Shown: in pieces, positions 19,555-29,234 of the stretch | Layout: every line of letters starts with the position of its first letter | How positions within the stretch are numbered: position 1 is the first letter of the stretch | Assembly (NCBI GenBank): GCA_963727055.1 | Contig: CAVSEN010000002.1 | Coordinates: 736,199-800,198 of the forward strand | Direction: 5' to 3' | From: an uncultured Chloroflexia bacterium | Lineage (GTDB): Bacteria > Chloroflexota > Limnocylindria > Limnocylindrales > CSP1-4 | Length of the DNA stretch: 64,000 nt | The notes under the pieces: model-generated | The model's input: only the letters and a program-made list of their open reading frames with translations | What the model was told of the DNA's origin: nothing | The model's database searches: none | Made by a program: the position numbers and the translations under genes

Positions 19555-20669
19555 GGCTCGATTGTAGGCCGGGCCAGGCTCCGGACACGCCCGGCGGCCC
19601 ACTCGAACGGGCCCTGCGGATGGCCGGCGCCGAGCCGCAGGGCGAGGTCAATCGTGGCCGCATCCGCCGCCACCCCTTCGTCGAGGGCAAGGACGGCTTC
19701 GGCGGCGATCGACCGGCGGATCCGCTCGACGACCGCCGCGGCCTGGTCGATGCTCGAATCGGGCGACCGATCGAACGGCGGAGCGGGTTCCTGGCGGACG
19801 CCGGCGGGATCGTAGTGGTAGAACCCCCGGCCCGACTTCCGGCCGAGCCGGCCGGCCGCCACGAGCCTGGCCAGGATCGGCGACGGCCGGAAGCGGGCCG
19901 GCCGGCCGAGGGCGTCCCAGATGCCGGTCGTCGCGGCCAGGTTCACGTCGAGCCCGATCAGGTCGATCAGCTCGAACGGGCCCTGGGGAAAGCCGTCTGC
20001 CCGGAAGGCGGCATCGATCCCGGCGATCGTGGCCTCGTCTGCCTCGAGCGCCCGCAGGGCCTGGGTCGTGAACGGCCGGTTGACGCGGTTCACGATAAAG
20101 CCCGGCCGGTCGGCGCAGCGGATCGGCGTTCGTCCCCAGCCGGCGACCAGATCGGCGGCAGCATCGGCGACGATCGGGCTCGTGACGCTGCTGGCGGCGA
20201 CCTCGACGAGGGGCATGACCGGGGCCGGATTGAAGAAATGGAGCCCGACGACCCGCTCCGGATGGCGAGCCGCGGCGGAGCCGATCGCGGCGATCGACAG
20301 GGCGCTCGTGTTCGTGGCCAGGATCGCCTCGGGGACGACGATTCGATCCAGCTGTTCGAAGAGCGCCTGCTTCGCCGCCAGGTCCTCGACCACCGCTTCG
20401 ATCACGACCTCGGCGCCCGCGGCCGCTCCGGGATCCGACGCCTCGCCCAGCCGCTCGAGCGTCTCGGCGAGCGTTCCGTCCAGCTCGGCCCCGGCCAGGC
20501 CGCGGCGGGCGAGCCGCCGCTCGATTCGCTCCCCGATCGCCGCCCTGGCCCGCTCGGTGGCGCCCGGGGCGACGTCGATCAGGATCACGGGATGGCCATG
20601 CTCGAGGGCCAGCTGGGCGATCCCGGCGCCCATCGTCCCGGCGCCCAGGACCGCGATCGAGGCCGGCAC
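19551..20669 (-). CDS. paaH: 3-hydroxyacyl-CoA dehydrogenase (PaaH-like)
   Basis: [15 protein letters not shown]...LATNTSALS...[15 protein letters not shown]...RPGFIVNRV. The GTG start at 20669 was chosen by me. Confidence 0.8.
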
Positions 20670-20673
20670 CGGG

Positions 20674-21201
20674 TCAGGCGTCCTTGAATTGCTCGAACGG
20701 CTGGCGGCAGGCCGTGCAGTAGTGGATCGACCGGCAGCGGGTCGGGCCAAAGGCATTCTCGAGCACCGTCCGGCGCGAGCCGCAGTACGGGCAGGTCGCC
20801 GGCGGCGCCAGCCCGATGAGCTGCGGACCGCCGCCGGGCGGGGCAAAGCCGCTCGCCGCCAGGGCGGCACGTCCGCGTGCGGTGATCCGGGCGGCGGTCC
20901 AGGGCACGGCGTAGCTGACCAGGACCTCGACCCGATCGAGCCCGGTCGACGGATCGGCGCGGAGCGGCTCGAGCTGCTCGACGACAGCGGCCCGGATCAG
21001 CTCGATCGCCGGACAGCCGATGAACGTCGGCAGGATCTCGACGCGCAGCACCGCGTCGGCCACGGTCACGCCGTGGACGATGCCGAGGTCGACGATCGAG
21101 ATGGCCGGGATCTCCGGGTCGACGACGGCGACCAGGGCGGCCAGGGCCGCATCGACGGTCGTTTCGGCCGCGGTACGCCCGGGCGCGGCGGCGGCGGTCA
21201 C
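20674..21201 (-). CDS. paaD: 1,2-phenylacetyl-CoA epoxidase subunit PaaD
   Basis: VVDPEIPAISIVDLGIVHGV...CPYCGSRRTVLENAFGPTRCRSIHYCTACRQPFEQFK. GTGA overlap with the predicted paaC stop. Confidence 0.85.
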   Translation of the reverse strand: MTAAAAPGRTAAETTVDAALAALVAVVDPEIPAISIVDLGIVHGVTVADAVLRVEILPTFIGCPAIELIRAAVVEQLEPLRADPSTGLDRVEVLVSYAVPWTAARITARGRAALAASGFAPPGGGPQLIGLAPPATCPYCGSRRTVLENAFGPTRCRSIHYCTACRQPFEQFKDA

Positions 21202-22014
21202 CAGGCCGCCCCGGGGTCGAGAAGGCGGACCGACGTGAACTCGGCCCACAGCCGGCGTCGAACTCCGGGCCGTGGCCGGAGCGGGCGGTGGCCGGATCGA
21301 GGGCCGCCGGCGCGGCCGCCGGCAGGGCCAGCCCGAGGCGCCCGAGGACGGGCTCGATCCGTCCCGCCCAGCGCGCAAGCAGCTCGGCCGAGGCGACGGG
21401 CTGGATCCCGCTCGAGAGCAGGGCGTCCTCCGTTGGCAGCGGGGCCAGGACGCTCGCGGCGTCGGGCCCGACGAGCTCGATCGCCTCGACCAGCCGCCGG
21501 CGTGCCTCGCCCCCGGCGCCGGCGAGCCGCTCGACCCAGGCCTGACCGTGGGCCAGGTGGTACGTCTCCTCGCGCCGGACCTTGACCGCGAGCTCGGCCA
21601 GCGGCCGGTGGCTCGAACCGGCGAGCGCCTCGAGCCGGACCGCATCGGCCGTGTCGTACAGCCAGCGCCGGGTCGATCGTCCGGGCCCAGTCGCCCCGGC
21701 CGTGATCGACGAGCCGGCAATGGCGGACCGCCGTCGGCCGGGCGGTCGTAGGCGAGTCGATCCGGGTCGTCGCCGGTCAGCCCGGCCAGCAGCCCGTACC
21801 AGGCAGCCGCATGGCCGAGCTCGTCCTGGGCCAGCGAGCTCATCGCGACGTCCTCCTCGAGGTGGGGCGCGATCCCGGTCCACTCGCTGTCGGCGAAGCC
21901 GAGGACGAAATCGTCGTCGGCCATGGCCAAGAGCAGGTCGGCCAGCGGCAGGTCGGCCAGCGGCTCCGCTGCGCTCGTCGCGACCGCTCGCGGCCGGAGG
22001 CTGCCGGTGGTCAT
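21198..22014 (-). pseudogene. paaC: 1,2-phenylacetyl-CoA epoxidase subunit PaaC, two frame breaks (~21735, ~21262)
   Basis: LLLAMADDDFVLGFADSEWTGIAPHLEEDVAMSSLAQDELGHAAAWYGLL, then RRWLYDTADAVRLEALAGSSHRPLAELAVKVRREETYHLAHGQAWVERL, then LWAEFTSVRLLDPGAAW-stop lie in three frames. Confidence 0.8.
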
Positions 22015-22038
22015 TGCCCCTCGCCCTCGGCCGGGGCA

Positions 22039-22381
22039 TCAGTCGATGACCCGGTCGATCGCCGGCGGCCGCTCGACGCCGCCCGCCTGGATCCCGGTCC
22101 GGGCCCGGGCGTCGGCCAGCTTGTCGCGCATGACGTAGCCGCCGGGCTTCTTGTACGAGCGATCGAGGGGCGGCTGGAGGAGGTCCGGGTCATCGAGCTC
22201 GACGATGTCCGCTCGCCGGACGACCCACAGCCGGAGGCTCTCGCCGCGCCGGGCGTACAGCTCGCGGGCGTAGTGCAGGGCGAGGGTCGGGTCGGGGGCG
22301 ACGACGCTGCCGCCGTGGCGCATCGGGTCGCCCTCCCGCTCCTGCCGGAAGACCTCGAACGCTCGGCTCGGGGGCCGGCAT
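22039..22381 (-). pseudogene. paaB: 1,2-phenylacetyl-CoA epoxidase subunit PaaB, one frame break near 22360
   Basis: The body is RAFEVFRQEREGDPMRHGGSVVAPDPTLALHYARELYARRGESLRLWVV...KKPGGY. The only start that fits (ATG 22381, TGATG overlap with the paaA stop) is in another frame. Confidence 0.75.
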
Positions 22382-23372
22382 CAGGCCGCCGCTCCGCGCG
22401 CCGAGGACCGTCTCGCCGAACCCAGCGCGGTCGACTCGCGCTGGGCCCGCCGGAAGCCGAGCCGCGCCTGGGACGCGGGGCCATGGCCGGTGACGACCGC
22501 GCGCAGCTCCGACCAGTCCGGCTCGGTGTAGCGCCACGGCCGGCGTCGGCGTCGAAGCGGAGCTCCGGGTCGGGCAGGCTCAGGCCGAGCTCACGAACGC
22601 GCGGGCACGTAGATCCCGAGGAACTCCTGGCGGAGCTCCTCCGACGTCTTGGCCTTGATCCGCCAGTGCAGGTCACGGTCCGGCCGCTCGATCGGAGCGC
22701 GGGCCGTGCATCTGCATCAGCGGCCGCCACCAGCGGTCGAGCGCCTCCTGGACCATCGCCCGCTGGGCAGGGGTCCCGGTCGGCCAAGGTCACGACGACA
22801 TCGCGGCCGTGCATGATGTGGACCGATTCCTCCCAGCAGATCTTCTTCATCGTCCGGGCATAGGGCGCGTAGCTCGAGTCGCGGAGCGCCTGCTGGGCGA
22901 CGATCGCGGCCGCGTCGACGAGCCAGGCGATCATCCCGATGTCGGCCCAGGTCCGGGTCGGGTAGTGGAAGACGTTGTGGAACTTCGTCCGTCCGGCGAG
23001 CAGGTCGTCGAACATCGCCTCGCGAGACTTGCCCAGGTCCTCGGCAACCCGGTAGAGAAGCTGGGCATGGCCGACCTCGTCCTGGATCTTGGCGGTCAGG
23101 GCGAGCTTCCGGCGCAGGGTCGGGGCGCGCATGATCCAGTCGCGCTCGGGGAGGACGCCCATCAGCTCGCTGTTGGCGTGCATCTCGACGAAGCGCAGGA
23201 CGCTCGACCGGTACTCGTCGGGCATCCAGTCGCCGGCCTCGATCTTGCCCCCGGCGACGACGTGCTCCTCGAACGCGCGGTAGCGCTCGTCGTGATCGCG
23301 ATCCTGGTTGAACGGCAGCCGGCTGCGCTCGCGCTCGGGCAGGACGGGGTCGAGCGCCAGGGGATCGGTCAT
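22381..23372 (-). pseudogene. paaA: 1,2-phenylacetyl-CoA epoxidase catalytic subunit PaaA, at least four frame breaks between ~22770 and ~22530
   Basis: Intact from MTDPLALDP... to KICWEESVHIMHGRDVVVTLADR. Then GTPAQRAMVQEALDRWWRPLMQMHGP, DLHWRIKAKTSEELRQEFLGIYVP, RVRELGLSLPDPELRFDADAGR and WRYTEPDWSELRAVVTGHGP lie in alternating frames. Confidence 0.85.
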
Positions 23373-23959
23373 CGGGGCACCACCGGGCTGAGCGCCCGCA
23401 GGCTGAGGTCGACGAACTCGGCGCTGATCGCCCGGGCGGACAGCGGCCCGCCGGGCCGGTACCAGGTCGCGATCCCGTTGAGGGCGGTCAGCAGGTAGGC
23501 CGCGGCGAGGGGCGGATCGGCTGCGGCCAGCTCGCCCGACTGGCCGCCCTCCGCGATCAGCCGCCGCCAGCGCTCCTCGTAGGCGTCCCGGCGAGCGGCG
23601 ATCAGGGCGCGGTGGGCGGGCAGCAGCGAGCGCCACTCGCGAACGAAGACGCTCGCCCGGCCGACATCGTCGGTCAGGACGGTGACGTGGGCCGCCACGA
23701 GGGCGGCCAGGCGTTCCCTGACGGGCTGGCCGGCCGTCGCCGCCTCGGCCGCGTCGGCGGCCTGCTCGAACCGGTCGGCCGACTGGCGGACGATCGCCCA
23801 CAGGACGTCCTCCTTGGAGGCGACGTGGGCATACAGGCTGGCGCCCTGGATCGCCAGGCCGCGGGCGATGTCGCGGACGCTCGTGCCCGCGTAGCCCTGC
23901 TCGCGAAACAGGCCCGAGGCCACCAATTCGATCTGCCGCCGACGGGTTTCGACCACCAA
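23369..23959 (-). CDS. paaR: TetR/AcrR-family regulator, PaaR-like by position
   Basis: HTH region RRRQIELVASGLFREQGYAGTSVRDIARGLAIQGASLYAHVASKEDVL. The stop overlaps the paaA ATG (ATGA). The start (TTG 23959 or GTG 23956) is uncertain. Confidence 0.75.
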   Translation of the reverse strand: MVVETRRRQIELVASGLFREQGYAGTSVRDIARGLAIQGASLYAHVASKEDVLWAIVRQSADRFEQAADAAEAATAGQPVRERLAALVAAHVTVLTDDVGRASVFVREWRSLLPAHRALIAARRDAYEERWRRLIAEGGQSGELAAADPPLAAAYLLTALNGIATWYRPGGPLSARAISAEFVDLSLRALSPVVPR

Positions 23960-23980
23960 TTCGCTCTCCGAACTGCCAAC

Positions 23981-23994
23981 CGAACGTTCGTTAG
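23981..23994. promoter_or_regulatory. candidate PaaR operator CGAACGTTCGTTAG
   Basis: A perfect 10-bp palindrome CGAACGTTCG lies 22 nt upstream of the TetR start. It fits CNAACGNNCGTTNG, the consensus I recall for Thermus PaaR. Confidence 0.5.
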
Positions 23995-24161
23995 GCAGGC
24001 TACGACCCCGTCCACCGGCCGTCAAGGGCGCCGCGGCTCGCCGGGTGGACGCGGATTGACCGGCGGGGGCCGGCCGGAATCGAGCGGTACCTGCTGCGGC
24101 CGGTGCCAGTACCGCTGGTCGATGGTGTCCTGAATCACCGGCCACTACTGTCGTTCTTCGA

Positions 24162-24773
24162 ATGGCGAACGAGCGACCCCGCAGCCGGCTGGATCCCGAG
24201 CGCGAGCGTGGGCTGGTCGTCGAGGCCCGCACGGATGCCGACGCATACGGCGTGCTCTACGACCACTACCTGCCGCGGATCTACGGATTCGTCGCCCGCC
24301 GGGTCACCGACCGGGAGACCGCCGAGGCGATCACCGCGGCCACGTTCCAGCGCGGCCTCGACGCCGTCCAGGCGGGCACCCTCCGCACGGGGACGCTTGG
24401 CGGCTGGCTGTTCCGAGTCGCCGCCAGCGCGATCGTTGACCAGGCCCGGCGCACCGGGCACGACACGCCGGCCGGGGTTCGTGCCGGCGACCTGGCCGAG
24501 CCGGACGCGACGCACGACGAGCCGCTCGTGGGCGATGAGCTCGCAACGGCGGCCTTCGCCGCGGCGCTCGACCGAGACGAGCTCCGAGGCGGGCTGCGGC
24601 GCCTGACCGAGCCGCAGCGGCGGGTCGTCGTCCTGAAGTACCTCGACGACCTGGCCGAGCCCGAGCTGTGCGCCGCCCTCGGCGTCTCGCCGACGACCCT
24701 GACGGTCCGCCTGGATCGTGCCCTCCGGTCGCTCAACCTGGCCGCCGGCGGCAAAGGCAGCCATGCCGCGTGA
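24162..24773 (+). CDS. ECF-type RNA polymerase sigma-70 family factor
   Basis: Region 2: YGVLYDHYLPRIYGFVARRV...AEAITAATF. Region 4: LTEPQRRVVVLKYLDDLAEPELCAALGVSPTTLTVRLDRALRSL. Confidence 0.85.
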   Translation: MANERPRSRLDPERERGLVVEARTDADAYGVLYDHYLPRIYGFVARRVTDRETAEAITAATFQRGLDAVQAGTLRTGTLGGWLFRVAASAIVDQARRTGHDTPAGVRAGDLAEPDATHDEPLVGDELATAAFAAALDRDELRGGLRRLTEPQRRVVVLKYLDDLAEPELCAALGVSPTTLTVRLDRALRSLNLAAGGKGSHAA

Positions 24774-26733
24774 TCCCGGTCCTCGCCCCTCCGACGCCCG
24801 GCCCGTGAGTTCGCGGCCGGCCGGGCCCCGGCCTGCTCGGCCGTCGCATCCGGCCGCCATGCCCGATCAGGTCCTGGTGGCCGTAGTGGCCCAGGCGGCG
24901 GCACCGACCCCGATCGATCGGGCCGCCGATCCGGACGGCCCGCGCCTCGACGCGCTGGCAACCGACCTGGCGGCAGCCGGGCGGCGCGCCCGAAGCCGGA
25001 AAGCCCAGGCGACGGCGGCACGGCCGGACCCAGCCTTCGCGGAGGGCCTGCGCACCAGGCTCGTCCAGCCGGCCGGCCCGGCCCAGCCGCGGGCGACCGC
25101 GGGGTTCGCCGGCACCACCCTGCTCCGACCTGCCCCGCTCGCTCCGGGCCTGCCCGGCGACGACGCGGCCGATGGGCCGGCCGATGCCCGACCGGGTCCC
25201 CTGACCCGACCCCGGACGAGCGTCCACGCCGGGCGCACCGCCCGCCGTTCGACGTCGCTGCGGACCTGGGGCGTGCTGGGAATCGGCCTCGTCGTGCTTG
25301 CGGTGGTCGCCGCGGGCGTCGTCAGCGGGCGCTTCACGCCGGCGGCCGCGAACCGGTCGGGCGACGCCGCCGAGGCGACGCTCGTCCGGTCGGGCGGCAG
25401 CCAGGCCCTGGTCGCCGGAACCGCCCTGGCGGCGGGCGACGAGGTCCGGGTCGCCGCCGGCGGGCACGCGACCCTCCTCCTCGGCTCGAGCCAGGCTCGC
25501 CTGGCGGGCGGCGCCGACGTTCGCGTCAACACCCTGTCCACGTCCTCCATCCAGCTCGCCCTGCTCGCGGGCCGGGCGTACAACCGGGTGGTCGTGCCCG
25601 TGGGCGCCACCTACGCGATCGTGACCGGTCCGTACACCTGGACGGCGTCGGGCACGGCGTTCGACCTCGGTCGGACCGCCGCGGCCGGCGGCGGCGAACA
25701 GGTCGTCCTGCTCGACCTCGAGCACGGCGTTGCGGTCGACGGCCCGAGCACCCACCAGCAGGTGGCCGAAGGCAGCGCGATGACCGTCCTCTTCGGCAAC
25801 CCGGCGACCGCCGGGACCACCGTCGGCCCGATCCCGGCGAGCGTCTTCGGTGATCCGTGGTTGATCAACAACGCCAAGACCGACGAGACGCTGGGCTACC
25901 CGATCGGCGCCCTGGCCGGGGTCGCCCTGGCCCCCAACGACACGCCGGCCGCGACGCCGAGCCCGAGCGCCGAGCCGACCGAATCGCCCTCCGCGAGCTC
26001 GAGCGACGGGGCCAGCCCGAGCCCGAGCGCCGTCCCGTCGCCGAGCCCGACCCCGACGCCGACCCCCGCCGCCACGCCCACCCCGACGCCGACGACAAGT
26101 CCGAGCCCCAGTCCCACGGCCACGGCGACGGCCCAGCCCGGCCTGAGCCTGTCGATCACCTCGTGCCCGGGTGGGGTGCTCCTGAACTGGTCGCGCTACA
26201 CCGGAACCGGCTTCGTCCAATACGTGACCCTCAGCAATACGTCGCCGTCCCTGCCCAGGGCCTACCCACCGCAGGCCGGTGCGATTCTCGTACCCGGCAC
26301 CGACACGACCACCCGCGGCTCGACCAGCGCCCCGGACCCCACGATTCCCGTGGGCCACACCCTGTTCTACCGCACTCTGGCCCTCGGGGCCGGCAACAAA
26401 GTCTTGGCCGCCAGCGATGTCGTTTTCGGGCTCGGGTTTGCCGAAGCGGACCTGAATCCCCTATCCATCGCCCGCGGCTATGTTTCGTGGCCGCACTTCA
26501 GCGGCCCCGCCGCCTGCTTCACTCGGTACCGCATTTATTGGTCGCCCAGCGGGGATCCGACCAACGGATCCTTTCAGGATGTCACTGACCAGCTCCAGTC
26601 AAACATCAAGACCCCATCGACCGGTTGGGTAAGCGGCGCCACTTACAACTTCGAAGTGCAGGTCCAGAGGGTCACGCCCTCCGGCTATTTCGTTGTTGCC
26701 CAGACCGACATCCAGGCCTACCTCTACCCCTGA
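24763..26733 (+). CDS. membrane-anchored anti-sigma-like protein: disordered N-terminus, 1 TM, FecR-like domain, Pro/Ser/Thr linker, two-part beta-rich C-terminal region
   Basis: The ATG overlaps the sigma gene by 11 nt. TM segment: WGVLGIGLVVLAVVAAGVV. FecR-like region: LVAGTALAAGDEVRVAAGGHATLLLG...AYNRVV. Linker: PSPSPTPTPTPAATPTPTPTTSPSPSPT. Confidence 0.7.
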   Translation: MPRDPGPRPSDARPVSSRPAGPRPARPSHPAAMPDQVLVAVVAQAAAPTPIDRAADPDGPRLDALATDLAAAGRRARSRKAQATAARPDPAFAEGLRTRLVQPAGPAQPRATAGFAGTTLLRPAPLAPGLPGDDAADGPADARPGPLTRPRTSVHAGRTARRSTSLRTWGVLGIGLVVLAVVAAGVVSGRFTPAAANRSGDAAEATLVRSGGSQALVAGTALAAGDEVRVAAGGHATLLLGSSQARLAGGADVRVNTLSTSSIQLALLAGRAYNRVVVPVGATYAIVTGPYTWTASGTAFDLGRTAAAGGGEQVVLLDLEHGVAVDGPSTHQQVAEGSAMTVLFGNPATAGTTVGPIPASVFGDPWLINNAKTDETLGYPIGALAGVALAPNDTPAATPSPSAEPTESPSASSSDGASPSPSAVPSPSPTPTPTPAATPTPTPTTSPSPSPTATATAQPGLSLSITSCPGGVLLNWSRYTGTGFVQYVTLSNTSPSLPRAYPPQAGAILVPGTDTTTRGSTSAPDPTIPVGHTLFYRTLALGAGNKVLAASDVVFGLGFAEADLNPLSIARGYVSWPHFSGPAACFTRYRIYWSPSGDPTNGSFQDVTDQLQSNIKTPSTGWVSGATYNFEVQVQRVTPSGYFVVAQTDIQAYLYP

Positions 26734-26775
26734 TCCGCGCGATCGGCCGCGCCGGTCGGAGCGGCGAACCGGGCC

Positions 26776-27567
26776 CTACGACCCGCTGAAGCGCGGTGCT
26801 CGCTTCTCGACGAAGGCGGCCAGGCCCTCGGCGTGGTCGGCCGTCCGCCCGGCGATCCCCTGGAGCGAGGCCTCGTAGTCGAGGGTCGCCTCGAACCCCG
26901 CCTCCTGCGCCCGCTGGATCGCCCGCTTCGTGAGCGCCAGGGCGCGCGGCGCTCCGGCGGCCAGCGTCGCCGCCAGCCGGCCGGCCTCGGCCAGCAGCTC
27001 GGCGTCGGGCACGACCCGTCCGACGAGGCCGATCCGGAGTGCCTCGTCGGCCCCGATCGGATCGGGCACGAGCATCAGCTCGGTCGCCCGCCCCAGGCCG
27101 ACGAGCCGCGGCAGCAGCCACGTCGCGCCGCTGTCGGGCACCAGCCCGATCCGGCCGAAGGCAAGGACGAACGTCGCACCCTGGGCGGCGATCCGCAGGT
27201 CGCAGGCAAAGGCCAGCGAGGCGCCCGCGCCGGCGGCGACCCCATTCACCGCCGCGATCACCGGCTTCTCCAGGCGGCGGAGCGCGACCACGATCGGATT
27301 GAACCGCTCGCGGACCTCGACGTCGAGCGGCGTCGGATCGGGCGCAAGGCGCTCCTTGAGGTCCTGGCCGGCGCAGAAGGCCCGCCCGGCGCCGGTCAGG
27401 ATGACGACCCGCACGGCCGGATCCCGGCCAGCCATCCGCACCGCGCGGAGCAGCTCGGCCTTGAGGCCCGCCTCGAGGCTGTTGAGCGCGGCCGGACGAT
27501 CGAGGGTGATCGTGGCGACGCCGTCGGTCACCTCCCAGCGCAGGGCCTCGAACGCGGCCACGGCCAT
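26776..27567 (-). CDS. enoyl-CoA hydratase/isomerase family (PaaG-like)
   Basis: ITLDRPAALNSL...LTGAGRAFCAGQDL...PVIAAVNGVAAGAGASLAFACDLRIA. Confidence 0.8.
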   Translation of the reverse strand: MAVAAFEALRWEVTDGVATITLDRPAALNSLEAGLKAELLRAVRMAGRDPAVRVVILTGAGRAFCAGQDLKERLAPDPTPLDVEVRERFNPIVVALRRLEKPVIAAVNGVAAGAGASLAFACDLRIAAQGATFVLAFGRIGLVPDSGATWLLPRLVGLGRATELMLVPDPIGADEALRIGLVGRVVPDAELLAEAGRLAATLAAGAPRALALTKRAIQRAQEAGFEATLDYEASLQGIAGRTADHAEGLAAFVEKRAPRFSGS

Positions 27568-27581
27568 TGACCTGCCCCGAG

Positions 27582-28397
27582 TCAGCCGGCCACCGGCCGC
27601 AGGTCGCCACCGACCAGCTCGAACAGCCGTCGGTCGATCGGCTCGTCGGCGCCATCGGCGTGGTCGGCAACGAAGCCGGCCAGCTGGGCGCCGAAGTCGG
27701 CGTCGCCCGGCGTCGAGGCCCCGGCCACCAGCAGGTGGCGCTCGGGTACGCCGACGTAGATCGGCCCGCCGACCGGCCCGAGGGCCGCCGCGAGGTAGGC
27801 GCGGACCTCGGGCAGCAGGATCCGGGTCGCGTCCGGGCCGTCGCCGCTGTCCGACGAGAGCAGCCGCCGATCACCCAATTCCTCGCCGGTCCAGCCGGCC
27901 GCGGTCGACCAGGCCGCCAGGTTTGCCATCGCCGCGGCGTGGATCTCGGCGGGCTCGACGCCCCATGACACGAGGTGCTCGGCGTTGACCACGACATCGA
28001 AGCCGGAGGCGGGCAGGGCGTAGACGACGAACAGGCCGCCGGGACCATCGCTGAACAGCGGCAGGGTATGGCTGGCGGTACCCATCGCCAGCGCCGATCG
28101 GTCGGCGTCGGCCAGGCGCAGGCCGACCGTGCCGGCCGGCCGGAGGAGCGGGATCACGACGGTCCGGGCCGCCTCCCAGTCATGCTCCGGCGCCAGCGAG
28201 ACGGACGGTGCGTCGACGGCCGCCGGCACGTGGCCGCTGACCGGCAAATCGGCATCGATCGGGGTCAGCAGGTGGGGCGCCGATTCGCGCCAGGTTCCGG
28301 GCGGTCCGTCGCCGACGTCCCGGCTGATGTCGCTGCCGTAGTCGCTGCCGCCTTCATCACCGCGTTGGCTCGGCGGCCGGCTCGTCTCGTCGGTCAT
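27582..28397 (-). CDS. hypothetical protein (271 aa), acidic N-terminus
   Basis: GAGGAGGGAG lies upstream of ATG 28397, 10 nt after the previous stop. Composition is protein-like. I recognise no family. Confidence 0.55.
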   Translation of the reverse strand: MTDETSRPPSQRGDEGGSDYGSDISRDVGDGPPGTWRESAPHLLTPIDADLPVSGHVPAAVDAPSVSLAPEHDWEAARTVVIPLLRPAGTVGLRLADADRSALAMGTASHTLPLFSDGPGGLFVVYALPASGFDVVVNAEHLVSWGVEPAEIHAAAMANLAAWSTAAGWTGEELGDRRLLSSDSGDGPDATRILLPEVRAYLAAALGPVGGPIYVGVPERHLLVAGASTPGDADFGAQLAGFVADHADGADEPIDRRLFELVGGDLRPVAG

Positions 28398-28407
28398 GGC
28401 TCCCTCC

Positions 28408-29220
28408 TCAACGTCCCTGCCAGGTCGGTGTCCGTTTCTCCGTGAAGGCGGCCATCCCCTCGGTCTGGTCGGCGGTCGCGAAGAGGTCGAAGAATGCCTG
28501 TCGCTCGGCGGCCAGGCCGTCGGCCAGCGACGTCTCGGCGGCCCGGTTGACCATCGCCTTGGCGGCCCGGACGGCGACCGGGGGCATCGCCGCAATTCGG
28601 CCGGCCAGCTCGAGCGCGCGATCGAGCGTCTCCTCGGCGGGCACGACGAGGCTGACCAGGCCCCACGCCTCGGCTTCCCGGGCACCGATCGAGCGACCGG
28701 TCAGGATCAGGGCCATCGCCCGGGCCTTGCCGATCGCCCGGGTCAGGCGCTGGGTTCCGCCGGCACCCGGGATCACCCCGAGGTTGATCTCCGGCTGGCC
28801 GAACTGGGCGTCCTCGCCGGCGACGATCAGGTCGCAGGCCATCGCCAGCTCGCAGCCACCGCCGAGGGCGTAGCCGCGCACCGCGGCAATGATCGGCAGC
28901 CCGATCCCGGCCAGCTCGTCCCAGCGGTCGAAGGCATGCCCGGCCGCGAGCGAGTCGGGCGTCTGGCTGGCCAGCTCGCGGATGTCGGCCCCGGCCGCGA
29001 ATGCCCGCGACCCGGCCCCGGTCAGCACGGCGCACCGGCAGGCCGGGTCGGCATCGAGAACGCGCAGGGCGTCCACGAGCTCGGCGATCAGGGCAAACGA
29101 GAGGGCGTTGAGCGCATCCGGCCGGTCGATCGTCAGGAGCGCCACGGCTCCGGCCGGCTCGCCCGTCCCGAACGGGACAGGTGCCGGGAACGCGACGCGG
29201 ACGAGGGGGCCGGACGACAC
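28408..29220 (-). CDS. enoyl-CoA hydratase (PaaF/crotonase-like)
   Basis: LTIDRPDALNALS...LTGAGSRAFAAGADI...IAAVRGYALGGGCELAMACDLIVA...GGTQRL. The GTG start at 29220 was chosen by me. Confidence 0.8.
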   Translation of the reverse strand: MSSGPLVRVAFPAPVPFGTGEPAGAVALLTIDRPDALNALSFALIAELVDALRVLDADPACRCAVLTGAGSRAFAAGADIRELASQTPDSLAAGHAFDRWDELAGIGLPIIAAVRGYALGGGCELAMACDLIVAGEDAQFGQPEINLGVIPGAGGTQRLTRAIGKARAMALILTGRSIGAREAEAWGLVSLVVPAEETLDRALELAGRIAAMPPVAVRAAKAMVNRAAETSLADGLAAERQAFFDLFATADQTEGMAAFTEKRTPTWQGR

Positions 29221-29234
29221 CCTGCCAGTATCGC

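Noticed and set aside
20674-22014. Single 446-aa ORF that looks like a PaaC-PaaD fusion.
   Set aside because: The middle 180 residues are junk. The real PaaC core is in another frame and ends with its own stop at 21198. PaaD starts at an overlapping GTG.
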